In this document: positions 8,562-19,225 of the stretch, in pieces
Numbering within the stretch: the first letter of the stretch is position 1
Layout: every line of letters starts with the position of its first letter
Origin: an uncultured Pseudomonadota bacterium
GTDB taxonomy: Bacteria > Pseudomonadota > Alphaproteobacteria > RF32 > CAG-239
Assembly: GCA_949295005.1 (NCBI GenBank)
Contig: CASFJL010000002.1
Span: 21,507-85,506 of the forward strand
DNA length: 64,000 nt
Reading direction: 5' to 3'
Notes under the pieces: model-generated
Told to the model about the DNA's origin: nothing
The model's database searches: none
The model's input: the letters and a program-made list of their open reading frames with translations, nothing else
Made by a program: the position numbers and the translations under genes

Positions 8562-10616
8562 ATGTCTGAAAATATTAGAGAAAATTTAATAAATCTAAAT
8601 CCGGAACGCGTGCGTCATCGTCGTATAAAAGTTTTTGGATTGATGGTTTTTTCTACGCTTTTGGCTACATGCAAATGGATTTCTTCCATTCCGACAGATA
8701 GCAATATTTTAACCAAGTCTTTAATGACTTTGTTGTTTATTTTAACTTTTGCATGGATTGCTTTGTTTTTTTGGTCAAGTATCTTTGGTTTTTTTGAGTT
8801 GATGGGAAAAAGAAAAGTCCCCGGAATTAAGTGGGTGCCTGCAGATACACCTTTGACAACAAAAACAGCTATTTTAATGCCGGTTTATAATGAATCTTCC
8901 GTCAATGTATTTTCTAATTTATTGGCTATGGGTGAAAGTTTGGCAAAAACAGCTTTTGCCAAGCATTTTGATATTTTTGTGCTGAGTGATACGACAGATC
9001 CGAAAGTTTGGGTTGAAGAAGAAAAAACTTGGCTTGAGGCAAAATCTATGATGCCTCATGAAATTAATTTATACTATCGTAGACGCGCAAAAAATACGGC
9101 ACGCAAAAGCGGAAATATTGAGGATTTTTGCAATAAGTGGGGCGCATATTACAATTATATGATTGTGTTGGATGCTGATAGTTTGCTTAATGGTGACACC
9201 ATGGTTAAAATGGCTCATCTTATGCAGGCTAATCCTAAAACAGGTATTATTCAAGCACCGCCAATGTGCTTAAACGGACACAGCCTGTTTGCCAGAATTC
9301 AACAATTTGCCGGTAAAGTTTATGGCCCGATTGTTTCTGCCGGTTTGGCTTATTGGCAAGTGGGGGATAGCAACTATTGGGGGCATAATGCCATTATCAG
9401 AGTAAAAGCTTTTATGGAATGTTGCGGATTACCGGTTTTGAAAGGAAAGGCTCCGTTCGGCGGTCATATCTTGAGCCATGATTTTGTTGAGGCCGCTCTC
9501 ATCAGACGTGGCGGTTGGGCAGCTTGGCTCTTGCCTGAGTTAAAAGGTAGTTATGAAGAATGCCCTCCGACAATGATTGACTTTGCCATTAGAGATAGAC
9601 GCTGGTGTCAAGGAAATATGCAACATTTGAAAATTTTGGTTTCAAAAGGATTGCATCCGGTGAGCCGCGTACATTTTACCATTGGAGTAATGTCTTATTT
9701 GTCTTCACCGATTTGGTTGGCTTTTTTGGTCGTGGGAACAATGATTGTTTTGGGTAGGGGAATTTTTCCGCCGGTTTATTTTGAAGAGGTGAGAACCTTG
9801 TTTCCGGTTTGGCCGATTTTTGATAAACTCGGAACAATCGCTTTGTTTGCAATTTCTATGTTTATGCTGATTTTTCCTAAGTTTTTGGGTTTGATTGTTT
9901 ATTTGAGAGAAAATAAAAATAAGGCAAAAATCGGAGGTAGAATCGGTGCTTTGAAAAGTGTTTTAACCGAAATTGTTATCAGTGCTCTTTGTGCTCCGAT
10001 TATGATGATGTTTCAAAGCAAATTTGTTTTTGATATTTTTGCCGGAAACTCGGTTAGTTGGAATACGCAGAATCGAGATGATACGGGAACAAGTTTTAGA
10101 GAAGCCGTATTGAGACACCGTTCTCATACCTTGCTCGGTATTATTTCTACAATTGTGATTTGGTTTTATGCTCATTCTATTTTTTGGTGGATGTTGCCAA
10201 TTACAATCGGTTTGATTTTCTCTATTCCGATTTCAATGTTCACTTCTCGTGTGAGCAACGGACAATGGTTTAAGAATAAAAAGTTTTTCTTAATCCCCGA
10301 AGAAAGTGACATGCCAAAAATTTTGAAAGAAGCTAAAGCTTTTCAAAAAAAGTTAGAACAACAGCAAGGTGCTTTGAAAGGTGTGGAATTGTTGGTTAAT
10401 GACAGTGTGTTAAATGCCATGCATATTGCCTTTTTGGATATTAATGGTCCGGCGCCTGAGTTTTCTCGCGATGTTTGGCAAAATGCGGAAATTAAGCTTG
10501 AAAATTATCTTAATTATGGCAAAGAAATGGATTTAAGCAAAGAGGAAGAAACCGCTTTGCTTTATAATCCGGAAATGTTGCAACAAGCAAATATTATGCG
10601 CTATTTGAAAGGATAG
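8562..10616 (+). CDS. opgH: Glucans biosynthesis glucosyltransferase OpgH/MdoH (GT2, membrane)
   Basis: SGNIEDFCNKWGAYYNYMIVLDADS, QAPP, RWCQGNMQH, plus multiple TM helices. Confidence 0.93.
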   Translation: MSENIRENLINLNPERVRHRRIKVFGLMVFSTLLATCKWISSIPTDSNILTKSLMTLLFILTFAWIALFFWSSIFGFFELMGKRKVPGIKWVPADTPLTTKTAILMPVYNESSVNVFSNLLAMGESLAKTAFAKHFDIFVLSDTTDPKVWVEEEKTWLEAKSMMPHEINLYYRRRAKNTARKSGNIEDFCNKWGAYYNYMIVLDADSLLNGDTMVKMAHLMQANPKTGIIQAPPMCLNGHSLFARIQQFAGKVYGPIVSAGLAYWQVGDSNYWGHNAIIRVKAFMECCGLPVLKGKAPFGGHILSHDFVEAALIRRGGWAAWLLPELKGSYEECPPTMIDFAIRDRRWCQGNMQHLKILVSKGLHPVSRVHFTIGVMSYLSSPIWLAFLVVGTMIVLGRGIFPPVYFEEVRTLFPVWPIFDKLGTIALFAISMFMLIFPKFLGLIVYLRENKNKAKIGGRIGALKSVLTEIVISALCAPIMMMFQSKFVFDIFAGNSVSWNTQNRDDTGTSFREAVLRHRSHTLLGIISTIVIWFYAHSIFWWMLPITIGLIFSIPISMFTSRVSNGQWFKNKKFFLIPEESDMPKILKEAKAFQKKLEQQQGALKGVELLVNDSVLNAMHIAFLDINGPAPEFSRDVWQNAEIKLENYLNYGKEMDLSKEEETALLYNPEMLQQANIMRYLKG

Positions 10617-10999
10617 CCGTTAGTTTTTAAGGCATTGACTATTGGATAATCAGCCGGAGCAAACTCAAAATTGTCCAACTCTGAAACATCAATCCATTTG
10701 TATGCTTCATGAGAATCTAAAAAAGTGATGTTTTGGGTTTTGCTCTGAGCTAAAAAGCTTTTAAGGCAGATTGTGCCAAAGTCATATTCATATTTTGAAT
10801 CCATATAATGTTCTTTGACATCAATATCTAAATGCATTTCTTCTTGAAGTTCTCTTTTTAAGCAATCTTCAAGGCTTTCATTTTCTTCTTGTTTTCCGCC
10901 CGGAAATTCCCATTTATAAGCCAAAGATTTATTGCGGATGCGTTGAGCTATTAAAATTTTTCCTTGATTGCAGATTATTCCTGCGGCAACAATTTTCAT
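10601..10999 (-). CDS. mutT: NUDIX hydrolase, MutT-like
   Basis: Nudix box GGKQEENESLEDCLKRELQEEMHL. 132 aa. The 3' end overlaps opgH convergently by 16 nt. Confidence 0.8.
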   Translation of the reverse strand: MKIVAAGIICNQGKILIAQRIRNKSLAYKWEFPGGKQEENESLEDCLKRELQEEMHLDIDVKEHYMDSKYEYDFGTICLKSFLAQSKTQNITFLDSHEAYKWIDVSELDNFEFAPADYPIVNALKTNGYPFK

Positions 11000-11071
11000 T
11001 TTACAAATCCTTTTTTTAATGATTATTATTAAAAATATATAGGTTATTTTGATTTTTTAGGCAAGGTTTTT

Positions 11072-11737
11072 ATGAATAAAGAAAAATGGTCTTTGGCTTT
11101 GGTTTTAACATTATTTAGCCCTATGGCTTTGGCACAAAATGTTAATGTTGTTGATGGAGCATATGGGCAAGTTACAACCGGCGGAACAACAGTTATTTCC
11201 GGACAACAGCGTATTTATAAAATTGATAATGCCGCTAAAAAGAGAGTTGAACAAGAAAACTTGCAAAATGAGAATACCTCTAAAAATATTGAAAACGAGG
11301 AAAAAAATGCTGTATCAACGTCTGATAAAAAAGATGTGGAGCCTTATATTGGAGGGTACAGAAAAAGAAGTTTGGAAGAAATTAAAGAGAATCTAAAGCT
11401 TTCTCCGCAAGAGCTTTTAGACAAGGTGAGAAAAGAACGCCAAGAGGCAAAAGAGCAAGCTGCAAAAGCTAATTTTTCAAACTCAGAATATAATAAAAAA
11501 GTTTCAGATGCGTTAAAAGCACGCCGAGAAGAGCGTAGAAACATGACTAAAGAAGAACGACGAGCCATTAAAGAAGAACTTAAAATGCTTTATAAAGCAC
11601 GTAGAGAAGAGCGCAGAAATATGACCAAAGAAGAACGCAGAGCTATTAAAGAAGAATTAAAAGCTAAGGAAAAAGCCAGACGAGAACAACAAAAAGAAGA
11701 TAGAAAAAAACGCAAAAAAATGCGCGATATGGATTAG
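11072..11737 (+). CDS. Secreted Lys/Glu/Arg-rich protein with an internal duplicated 23-aa peptide
   Basis: Signal peptide MNKEKWSLALVLTLFSPMALAQ. KARREERRNMTKEERRAIKEELK occurs twice. Followed by a terminator. Confidence 0.6.
   Translation: MNKEKWSLALVLTLFSPMALAQNVNVVDGAYGQVTTGGTTVISGQQRIYKIDNAAKKRVEQENLQNENTSKNIENEEKNAVSTSDKKDVEPYIGGYRKRSLEEIKENLKLSPQELLDKVRKERQEAKEQAAKANFSNSEYNKKVSDALKARREERRNMTKEERRAIKEELKMLYKARREERRNMTKEERRAIKEELKAKEKARREQQKEDRKKRKKMRDMD
11516..11662 (+). repeat. Intragenic tandem duplication (78-bp period)
   Basis: Copies at 11516..11584 and 11594..11662 encode identical 23-aa peptides. They differ at 10 of 69 nt, and every difference is synonymous. Confidence 0.9.
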
Positions 11738-11740
11738 TGA

Positions 11741-11769
11741 AAAAAAGGTGAGTTCAACTCACCTTTTTT
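11741..11769 (+). terminator. Rho-independent terminator
   Basis: Stem ggtgagt/actcacc, 3-nt loop, 6 T. Confidence 0.7.
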
Positions 11770-11879
11770 GTAATGTTTTGAAATATTAAGTTATAGAAAA
11801 AATGTCTTTTTTAACTAATAATTTGCAAATTTAAGCTTATATTTTTATTAGTTATTATTTTTAGAGGAGTTAATAAGGT

Positions 11880-14489
11880 ATGAAAGATACAAAAAATGAG
11901 GATAAGGTTGCTCAAAGCCTTGATGATTTGAACGAGATTATCGCTCGTGTCCAAAAGGCTCAGAAAGAATTTGCAACTTATTCTCAAGAACAGGTTGATA
12001 AGATTTTTGAAGCTGTGGCTATTGCTGCTAACCAAAACCGAATCCCCTTGGCTAAAATGGCCGTTGCCGAAACAGGTATGGGTGTGGTTGAAGATAAGGT
12101 GATTAAAAACCACTTCGCCGCTGAAGAAATTTATAATAAATATCGTCATGCCAAAACTTGCGGTGTGATTGAACGTGATGCCACCAACGGTTTGACCAAA
12201 ATTGCAGAGCCTTTGGGTGTGATTGCCGGTGTTATTCCGACCACAAACCCAACCTCAACCGCAATTTTCAAAACCTTGATTGCTTTAAAAACGCGTAACG
12301 GTATTATCTTTTCTCCGCACCCAAGAGCTAAAAAATGTACGGTTGAAACCGCTCGAATCTTGTTAAAAGCAGCAGAAGAAGCCGGTGCTCCGAAAGGTAT
12401 TATCGGTTGGATTGAAGAGCCGACCATTGAAGCTACTCAACACTTGATGAGCCATGATGGTATTAACCTCATTTTGGCAACAGGCGGTCCGGGAATGGTG
12501 AAAGCTGCATATTCTTCAGGCAAACCTGCTTTGGGTGTTGGTGCCGGTAATACACCTGCCCTGATTGATGAAACTGCTGATATTCAAATGGCTGTCAGCT
12601 CAGTTTTGATGAGTAAGACTTTTGATAACGGTATGATTTGTGCGTCTGAACAATCTGTGATTGTTCATAAAGATATTTATGATGATGTTAAAAAAGAGTT
12701 TGAATATCGCGGCGCTTATATCTTGAACAAAAAAGAGAGAGAAAAAGTTGGTGCAACCATTATTCAAAATGGCAAACTCAATGCCGCCATTGTTGGTCAA
12801 CCCGCTTATAAAATTGCCGAAATGGCCGGGGTTAAAGTTCCTGAAGCTACAAAAGTTTTGATTGCTGAAGTTGAAAAAATCGGCAAAGAAGAGCCTTTCT
12901 CTTTTGAAAAACTTTCTCCTGTGTTGGCAATGTATAAAGTTAAATCTTTTGAAGAAGGTGTTGACCATGCCGTTTCTCTTGTTGACTTTGCAGGCCCTGG
13001 ACATACATCCGTTCTTTATACAACAGACCATAATGCCGACAGAATCGCATATTTTAGCAGTAAAGTTGAAACAGGTCGTGTACTTGTTAATACGCCGTCT
13101 TCTCAAGGTGGTATCGGTGATTTGTACAACTTCAGACTTGATCCGTCTTTGACTTTGGGTTGCGGTTCTTGGGGTGGAAATGCCGCCAGTGAAAACGTGG
13201 GCATTAAGCACTTGATTAATACTAAAAATGTTGCTGAAAGAAGAGAAAATATGTTGTGGTTCAGAGTTCCTCCAAAAATTTATTTCAAACAAGGTGCAAC
13301 CGGCTTTGCTTTGAAAGAACTTATCGGTCATAAAAAAGCTTTCATTATTACCGATAAATCTTTGTTTAACTTGGGTTATACCGACAAAATTACATCCGTA
13401 TTGGAAGAAATGGGTATTGCTTATCAAATTTTCTCTGATGTTAAACCGGATCCGGATACAGATACCATTGCCGATGCTTTGAAGATGGTTAAATCTATGG
13501 AACCTGATGTTATTATCGCTTTGGGTGGTGGTTCTCCGATGGATGCTGCCAAAATTGTTTGGTTGATGTATGAACATCCGGAAGTTAAATTTGATGATTT
13601 GGCAATGCGCTTTATGGATATTAGAAAACGTATTTGTATGTTCCCAGATTTGGGCTCAAAAGCTTATATGGTGGCTATTCCGACAACTTCCGGTACCGGT
13701 TCTGAAGTAACACCGTTTGCCGTTATTACAGATTCAAGAACACACATCAAATATCCGATTGCCGACTATGCTTTGACACCAAATATGTCTATTATTGACC
13801 CTGATTTGGTTCTCTCTATGCCGCGTGGTTTGGCTTCTGCTTCAGGTATTGATGCTCTTACTCACGCTTTGGAGGCTTTGGCATCTATTTATGCAACACC
13901 ATTTACCGACGGTATTGCTTATGAAGCTATTCGATTGATTTTTGAAAATATTGAAAAATCTGTCAATGATGGTGCCAACAACCCGAGAGCAAGAGAAAAT
14001 ATGCACTATGCCGCTACTCTTGCCGGTATGGCTTTTGCTCAAGCTTTCTTGGGCGTTTGCCACTCAATGGCTCATAAACTCGGTGGTGAATATAACATTC
14101 CGCACGGTATTGCTAATGCTATGCTCATCTGCCAAGTGGTTAGATACAATGCCAATGAAAAACCGACCAAACAAGGTACTTTCTCTCAATATCATTATCC
14201 TGAAGGACGCGCTCGTTATGCTCGTGTGGCAGACTTGTTGCATTTATCTGGAAAATCTGATGAAGAGAAAGTTCAGAAATTGATTGAGGCTATTGCCAAA
14301 CTCAAGAAGAGTATCGGTATTCCGGCTTCTATCAAAGAATGGGGCGTTGATGAAAAAGTGTTCCTTAATAATTTGGATAGCTTGTCTGAACGCGCATTCG
14401 ATGACCAATGTACCGGTGCAAACCCTGTATATCCGTTGATTTCTGAAATCAAACAGATGTATTTGGATGCTTATTACGGTAAAATCTAG
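11880..14489 (+). CDS. adhE: Bifunctional acetaldehyde-CoA/alcohol dehydrogenase
   Basis: 869 aa. N-terminal ALDH domain ([25 protein letters not shown], catalytic MICASEQS) plus a C-terminal Fe-ADH domain ([19 protein letters not shown]). GAGGAG RBS. Confidence 0.97.
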   Translation: MKDTKNEDKVAQSLDDLNEIIARVQKAQKEFATYSQEQVDKIFEAVAIAANQNRIPLAKMAVAETGMGVVEDKVIKNHFAAEEIYNKYRHAKTCGVIERDATNGLTKIAEPLGVIAGVIPTTNPTSTAIFKTLIALKTRNGIIFSPHPRAKKCTVETARILLKAAEEAGAPKGIIGWIEEPTIEATQHLMSHDGINLILATGGPGMVKAAYSSGKPALGVGAGNTPALIDETADIQMAVSSVLMSKTFDNGMICASEQSVIVHKDIYDDVKKEFEYRGAYILNKKEREKVGATIIQNGKLNAAIVGQPAYKIAEMAGVKVPEATKVLIAEVEKIGKEEPFSFEKLSPVLAMYKVKSFEEGVDHAVSLVDFAGPGHTSVLYTTDHNADRIAYFSSKVETGRVLVNTPSSQGGIGDLYNFRLDPSLTLGCGSWGGNAASENVGIKHLINTKNVAERRENMLWFRVPPKIYFKQGATGFALKELIGHKKAFIITDKSLFNLGYTDKITSVLEEMGIAYQIFSDVKPDPDTDTIADALKMVKSMEPDVIIALGGGSPMDAAKIVWLMYEHPEVKFDDLAMRFMDIRKRICMFPDLGSKAYMVAIPTTSGTGSEVTPFAVITDSRTHIKYPIADYALTPNMSIIDPDLVLSMPRGLASASGIDALTHALEALASIYATPFTDGIAYEAIRLIFENIEKSVNDGANNPRARENMHYAATLAGMAFAQAFLGVCHSMAHKLGGEYNIPHGIANAMLICQVVRYNANEKPTKQGTFSQYHYPEGRARYARVADLLHLSGKSDEEKVQKLIEAIAKLKKSIGIPASIKEWGVDEKVFLNNLDSLSERAFDDQCTGANPVYPLISEIKQMYLDAYYGKI

Positions 14490-14504
14490 ATATTTTTTAT
14501 AATC

Positions 14505-14539
14505 AAAAAAAGCGTTATCGAAAAGGTAACGCTTTTTTT
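14505..14539 (+). terminator. Rho-independent terminator
   Basis: Stem gcgtta/taacgc extended by A/T pairs, 7 T tail. Confidence 0.6.
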
Positions 14540-14599
14540 GTTTTGACAATTATTTTTTTAAGGGTAACATATTTATATTATTCTTAAAAGGAGGGACTA

Positions 14600-15229
14600 A
14601 TGTGGAATCTTGTTAAAGAAAGTTATATTTCGCTATTTAAAAAAATTCATCAATATGGATTGATTGTTTTACCTTTATTGTTTTTTTCTTTAATTGATGA
14701 ATATTTTTATGCAGGTACGCAACGTCCCGTTTGGGTTAATGTTTGCGCTTTTGTTATTTTGGCCGTAACGCAAATATATTTGATGAAATTTATTTTGAAT
14801 TTTGAATTGAAAAATATATGGGATATATTGAAACGAACAGTTGTTTTTGCCTTTTATCAATTTGTTTTAGGCGTTGTTTTGTTTATTCCGGTATATATTT
14901 TCTTGAGAATTTTAGCTCATCACCAAATTGAGGGAAATTATTTATTTTTGGGTTTGGTATTGAATTTGTTTTTGGGCAACTGGTTGTTGGCTAAGTTTAG
15001 TTCTTGGTTGGTTCTTATTGCTCAGGGAGAAAAATTTTCTTGGAATAAATACAGAGATTTTGCAAAACAATCATATGTAGATTGGCTTAAAGTTTCTGCT
15101 TTAATCTATTTCCCATATGTTTTGAGTGTTTATTGCGTTTATCCGGCAATTTTGAATGTGGTTGTTACAACCTTGTTCCTAATTTTATTAACCGTGTTTA
15201 ATTGTTTGTATTATCAGTCAAAAAAATAA
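14600..15229 (+). CDS. Hypothetical integral membrane protein (209 aa)
   Basis: AGGAGG RBS. About 5-6 hydrophobic helices. No family recognised. Confidence 0.55.
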   Translation: MWNLVKESYISLFKKIHQYGLIVLPLLFFSLIDEYFYAGTQRPVWVNVCAFVILAVTQIYLMKFILNFELKNIWDILKRTVVFAFYQFVLGVVLFIPVYIFLRILAHHQIEGNYLFLGLVLNLFLGNWLLAKFSSWLVLIAQGEKFSWNKYRDFAKQSYVDWLKVSALIYFPYVLSVYCVYPAILNVVVTTLFLILLTVFNCLYYQSKK

Positions 15230-15281
15230 GATTAATTATTAAGGCTTAATGCAAATTAAGCCTTTTTCTTTGGAGTTTTAT

Positions 15282-15488
15282 ATGGAAAAAGAAATTGAAA
15301 ATCGCTTGATTGAAATTGAAAATGCTTTAAGTATTGCTGAAAAATATTTAGATGATTTAAATCAGGTAGTGATAGAGCAGGGTAAGCAAATTGATATTTT
15401 GCAAAAGCAAAATAAATTTTTGTTGGCTCAGTTAAGAGAAAGTGATATTAAACCTTTGTCAGAAGAAACACCTCCGCCTCATTATTAA
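15282..15488 (+). CDS. slyX: SlyX family protein
   Basis: Coiled-coil, about 68 aa, ending in EETPPPHY exactly as SlyX proteins do. GGAG RBS before the ATG at 15282. Confidence 0.85.
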   Translation: MEKEIENRLIEIENALSIAEKYLDDLNQVVIEQGKQIDILQKQNKFLLAQLRESDIKPLSEETPPPHY

Positions 15489-15729
15489 CCATGATAGATT
15501 GTTTTTTTAGTCTTTTCTAAAGTTGTATCTCCTTGTATTCTTGTGCTTTTTTTTAAATTTATTAATAAAATAAAAAAATTTTATGCCTTAAGCGTTCCTT
15601 AAGTTTGATTTGTTGAACTAACATTATCAGTTAAATAACACTTCCTTTATAAAGCTGATAAACCTTTAAAAAAATGATTATGAAATTAAATTAAAGTAGG
15701 ATATAACTTTTATTTATAGGAGAATTAAC

Positions 15730-16098
15730 ATGAAAAATATTTTAGCAAAAACAACCTTAGCTGCGAGCCTTGCTTTTTCAACCGCTGCTTTTGCCGGTTT
15801 TAATATGGGTGGGGGCTTTGAAGGTCCTGTTGCAAATCAAGCTAAAGTGACTGCTGCCGAAGCTGCAAAACTTTCTGATGATACAAATGTTGTTTTGACC
15901 GGTAAAATTGAACAAAAACTTGGTGATGAAAAATATATGTTCCGTGATAACAGTGGTACAATCATTGTTGAAATTGATAATGAAGATTGGAAAGGCGTTA
16001 CCGTAACTCCTCAAGATACAGTTGAAATTTATGGTGAAGTTGATACAGATATGTTTGAACCAAGCAAAGTTGATGTTGATACTATTATCAAAAAATAA
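15730..16098 (+). CDS. ygiW: YgiW/YdeI-family periplasmic OB-fold (BOF) stress protein
   Basis: Signal peptide, then VVLTGKIEQKLGDEKYMFRDNSGTIIVEIDNEDW...EIYGEVD, typical of the family. Located next to a QseBC-like pair, as in enterobacteria. Confidence 0.85.
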   Translation: MKNILAKTTLAASLAFSTAAFAGFNMGGGFEGPVANQAKVTAAEAAKLSDDTNVVLTGKIEQKLGDEKYMFRDNSGTIIVEIDNEDWKGVTVTPQDTVEIYGEVDTDMFEPSKVDVDTIIKK

Positions 16099-16118
16099 TT
16101 ACTAAATAGGTATTGGGA

Positions 16119-16778
16119 ATGCGCATTCTTTTAATAGAAGATGATAACTTAATCGGAGATGGGTTGAATTTGGGGTTAACCAAAATGGGCTTCAATGTTG
16201 ATTGGTTCCAAAACGGAGCAGATGGCAAAGAAGCTTTGTATCAAGCTCCTTATGATGCCGTGGTCTTAGATTTGGGTTTGCCTGAAATTGATGGCTTGAG
16301 TATATTAAAAGAATGGCGTTCTCAAGGTAAAAAAGAGCCTGTTTTGATTTTGACGGCTCAGGGAGATGTGGACCACAGAATAATCGGTTTAGACAGCGGT
16401 GCAGATGATTATTTGGCAAAACCTTTTGCTTTGGCTGAAGTTGTGGCCAGATTAAAAGCTCTTATCAGGCGCAGAACAGATACTTTGACTCCGGTTATTC
16501 AATATTTAAACCTTTGTTTTTATCCGGCAACAAAAAAGGTTGAGTTGGATGGAAAGGAGATTATCTTATCTCCACGAGAATTAAATTTATTGGAATTGTT
16601 TTTAAATAACAAAAATAAAGTGCTTTCTAAAGAACTTATTGAAAACAAGCTTTATTCGTGGAATGATGATGTGAGCAGCAATGCTGTTGAGGTGCATATT
16701 CATCATTTGAGAAAAAAATTGGGAAAAAATATTATTAAAACAATTAATAAAATTGGTTATATGTTAGGTGATAAATGA
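16119..16778 (+). CDS. OmpR-family response regulator (QseB/BasR-like)
   Basis: Receiver domain (LLIEDD, VVLDLGLP, KPF) plus a winged-helix output domain (VEVHIHHLRKKL). Confidence 0.9.
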   Translation: MRILLIEDDNLIGDGLNLGLTKMGFNVDWFQNGADGKEALYQAPYDAVVLDLGLPEIDGLSILKEWRSQGKKEPVLILTAQGDVDHRIIGLDSGADDYLAKPFALAEVVARLKALIRRRTDTLTPVIQYLNLCFYPATKKVELDGKEIILSPRELNLLELFLNNKNKVLSKELIENKLYSWNDDVSSNAVEVHIHHLRKKLGKNIIKTINKIGYMLGDK

Positions 16779-18127
16779 AAAAATTGAGCCTTCAATTAAG
16801 ACTTATTTTCTTTTTTATAATTATTTCTGCTTCTGTATTCTTAATGACAGGGGCTTTTTCGTGGTATGAAGGAAAAGAAAAAATAGATGAATTTTTTGAT
16901 ACATACCAAGTGGTTATGGCCAGAAAATTGGCTTCTCTTGATTGGAATAATCTTAATTCTGAAAATCAGGCTAAAATAGATGATTTAATTAAAAATGTTG
17001 ATGATGACGGTGAAGAAGATGATGATGCTTTGGGGTTTGCCGTTTTTAATCGTGCCGGAGAGAGAATCTTTAGTGATAATAATGAAGGTAAATATTTTCA
17101 TTTTAAAAATTATACATCTGGTTTTGAAAATCAAAAAATAGGGCGTAAAAAAGAGCCATGGAGAATTTTTTGGATTGAAAGCGTTGATAAAAATTATATC
17201 ATTGCCATTGGACAAGAACTTGATTTTAGAGAAGATGCTGCTTTTGATTTGGTGGAAGAAACAATTTTGCCGTGGATAATCGGACTTTCAATTTTATTGT
17301 TGGTTTATATTTATATGATTCAACGCGAGTTTAGACCACTGAAAAAACTGGCTTATGAGTTACGATGCAGATCATCTCAAGATCTTTCTCCCGTGCAAAA
17401 TGAAAATATGCCCGAAGAAATTAAACCACTTACGAATGCTTTGAATGCTCTTTTTGTAAAAATTAATGATACTCTTATCAGAGAAAGAAGTTTTATTGCC
17501 GATGCAGCGCATGAATTGCGCAGCCCGCTTGCCGCTCTTAAAATTCAGGCAGAAATTGTAGAATTGTCTGAAGATGATAATAATATGCGGAAAAGTGCTT
17601 TGGATAAGCTTAACTTGGGTATTGTACGCGCATCCAGATTGATTGAACAACTCCTTGAATTAACTCGTTTGGAGGCTTATAAAAATGAGACCGCCGAACA
17701 ATCCATTGATTGGGAAGAAATTATTTCTCAGGTGGTGGCAGAACAACAAATTAATTTGCAAAATAAAAATATGTCGTTGGAATGTTCTTTGCAACAACGG
17801 TTTGATGTTGTTTTAGGTTATCCTATATTGTGTGCCCTTATGGTGCGAAATTTGTTGGATAATGCCATTAAATACAGCCCTGAAGGGGCTACAATTAAAA
17901 TTATTTCAACTAAAGATTCTTTGCAGGTATTTAACTCAGGCGCTTTTGTTGATGAAAAATATTTGCCCAGATTAAAAGAGCGTTTTTTCAGGCCTGCCGG
18001 ACAAGCTCAAATTGGCAGCGGTTTGGGATTGTCTATTGTTAACAGAATTGCTCGTTTGCATCATTGTTATATAAAATTGGAAAATGTGTCTGATGGTTTT
18101 TTGGTCTCTGTTTGTAAATATGAATAA
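16775..18127 (+). CDS. Sensor histidine kinase (QseC-like, two TM helices)
   Basis: H-box FIADAAHELRSPLAAL, N-box LLDNAIKYSP, G-box GSGLGLSIV. ATGA overlap with the regulator gene. Confidence 0.9.
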   Translation: MKKLSLQLRLIFFFIIISASVFLMTGAFSWYEGKEKIDEFFDTYQVVMARKLASLDWNNLNSENQAKIDDLIKNVDDDGEEDDDALGFAVFNRAGERIFSDNNEGKYFHFKNYTSGFENQKIGRKKEPWRIFWIESVDKNYIIAIGQELDFREDAAFDLVEETILPWIIGLSILLLVYIYMIQREFRPLKKLAYELRCRSSQDLSPVQNENMPEEIKPLTNALNALFVKINDTLIRERSFIADAAHELRSPLAALKIQAEIVELSEDDNNMRKSALDKLNLGIVRASRLIEQLLELTRLEAYKNETAEQSIDWEEIISQVVAEQQINLQNKNMSLECSLQQRFDVVLGYPILCALMVRNLLDNAIKYSPEGATIKIISTKDSLQVFNSGAFVDEKYLPRLKERFFRPAGQAQIGSGLGLSIVNRIARLHHCYIKLENVSDGFLVSVCKYE

Positions 18128-18189
18128 TATTTACAAATATGTTTCAAATGTATAAACTATTTTTAGTGTTAATTTTATAGGAAAAGGTT

Positions 18190-19137
18190 ATGGAAAAAAT
18201 TTTGGGTTATATTTTGAAAGGTAAAGGTATTGGGTTAAAATTTATGTTCTCAGTGGCTTTGCTGGTTTCTGTGATGTTTGCTTTGTATATTCGGTTTTTT
18301 GGTGCTGATTTGGTCCCTTATGCCAATGATATTATAAATCAGATGTTGCCGATAAAAATTGAAAACGGTGTTATTGTCAACCCTCAAAATACGGTTAAAG
18401 TTGCTCAACTCAGAGAGGGAAATGTTTCAATTCCTCTGCCGATTATGTTAAATACAAATATTGACGAGCTTAATCCCAATAATACACCTCAAGGAATTTA
18501 TATTACCCGCACAAAAATTTATGCTATTGATGAACAAGAAGTTAGAATTTATCCTTTTAGTGGTGATTTTGAAGCCTTGCCTCAAGATTATTCTGATGGA
18601 TTAAAGTCTGGTTTGACTTGGGTTGCTTTTGCTTTGTTTGTTCTGGGTTCAATTATTATTTCTGTTGTTTATTTTCTGGCTGTTCTTGTTTATTCTGTTT
18701 TGGCTTGGATACTTGGTCTGTTTTTCTCAAAAAAATATGATTTTGACGTGAGAATGCGTTTAAGTACGGTTGCTTTTTTGAGCGTTTATATCTTGTTCTT
18801 TGTTATCAGTATGGCTGGCGGAAGCACAACAAATTTAATTTCTTTTGTGGCTACTCTCATCTTGCAAGCTGCAATTATTTATAAAATGCCAAAAATTGTT
18901 AATGAAGAAAATTCAGATATAACATTGCCGGTTGAAGAAATGGTTGAACATAAATCTGTTTTGACAGATGATGTTTTGGAATCTAAAAAGGATGTTGAGC
19001 CAAAAAAGGCTTCTGTGAAAACAAAAAGCAATACCAAAACCGCTGAGGTAAAAAAGCCTAAATCTTCTAAACCAGTAAAGAAGAAAACGGCAAAGCCAAA
19101 AGAAAATAATAAAACTAAAAAAGCAGATAAGAAGTGA
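18190..19137 (+). CDS. Hypothetical membrane protein with a Lys-rich C-terminal tail
   Basis: Several hydrophobic helices. The last 50 or so residues are K/P/A/T-rich (KKPKSSKPVKKKTAKPKENNKTKKADKK). Confidence 0.55.
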   Translation: MEKILGYILKGKGIGLKFMFSVALLVSVMFALYIRFFGADLVPYANDIINQMLPIKIENGVIVNPQNTVKVAQLREGNVSIPLPIMLNTNIDELNPNNTPQGIYITRTKIYAIDEQEVRIYPFSGDFEALPQDYSDGLKSGLTWVAFALFVLGSIIISVVYFLAVLVYSVLAWILGLFFSKKYDFDVRMRLSTVAFLSVYILFFVISMAGGSTTNLISFVATLILQAAIIYKMPKIVNEENSDITLPVEEMVEHKSVLTDDVLESKKDVEPKKASVKTKSNTKTAEVKKPKSSKPVKKKTAKPKENNKTKKADKK

Positions 19138-19140
19138 TAA

Positions 19141-19171
19141 AAAAAGGGCTTGAAACATCAAGCCCTTTTTT
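19141..19171. terminator. Bidirectional rho-independent terminator between convergent genes
   Basis: 8-bp stem gggcttga/tcaagccc, 4-nt loop, with an A-run and a T-run on either side. Confidence 0.75.
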
Positions 19172-19225
19172 ATTAGTTGTCTTACAGAAAATCCTGAGTT
19201 TATTCGAGGATATCTATTTGTTTTG

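Noticed and set aside
12600-13577. 325-aa ORF antisense to adhE
   Set aside because: Shadow ORF opposite a conserved gene. No start context or recognisable motifs.
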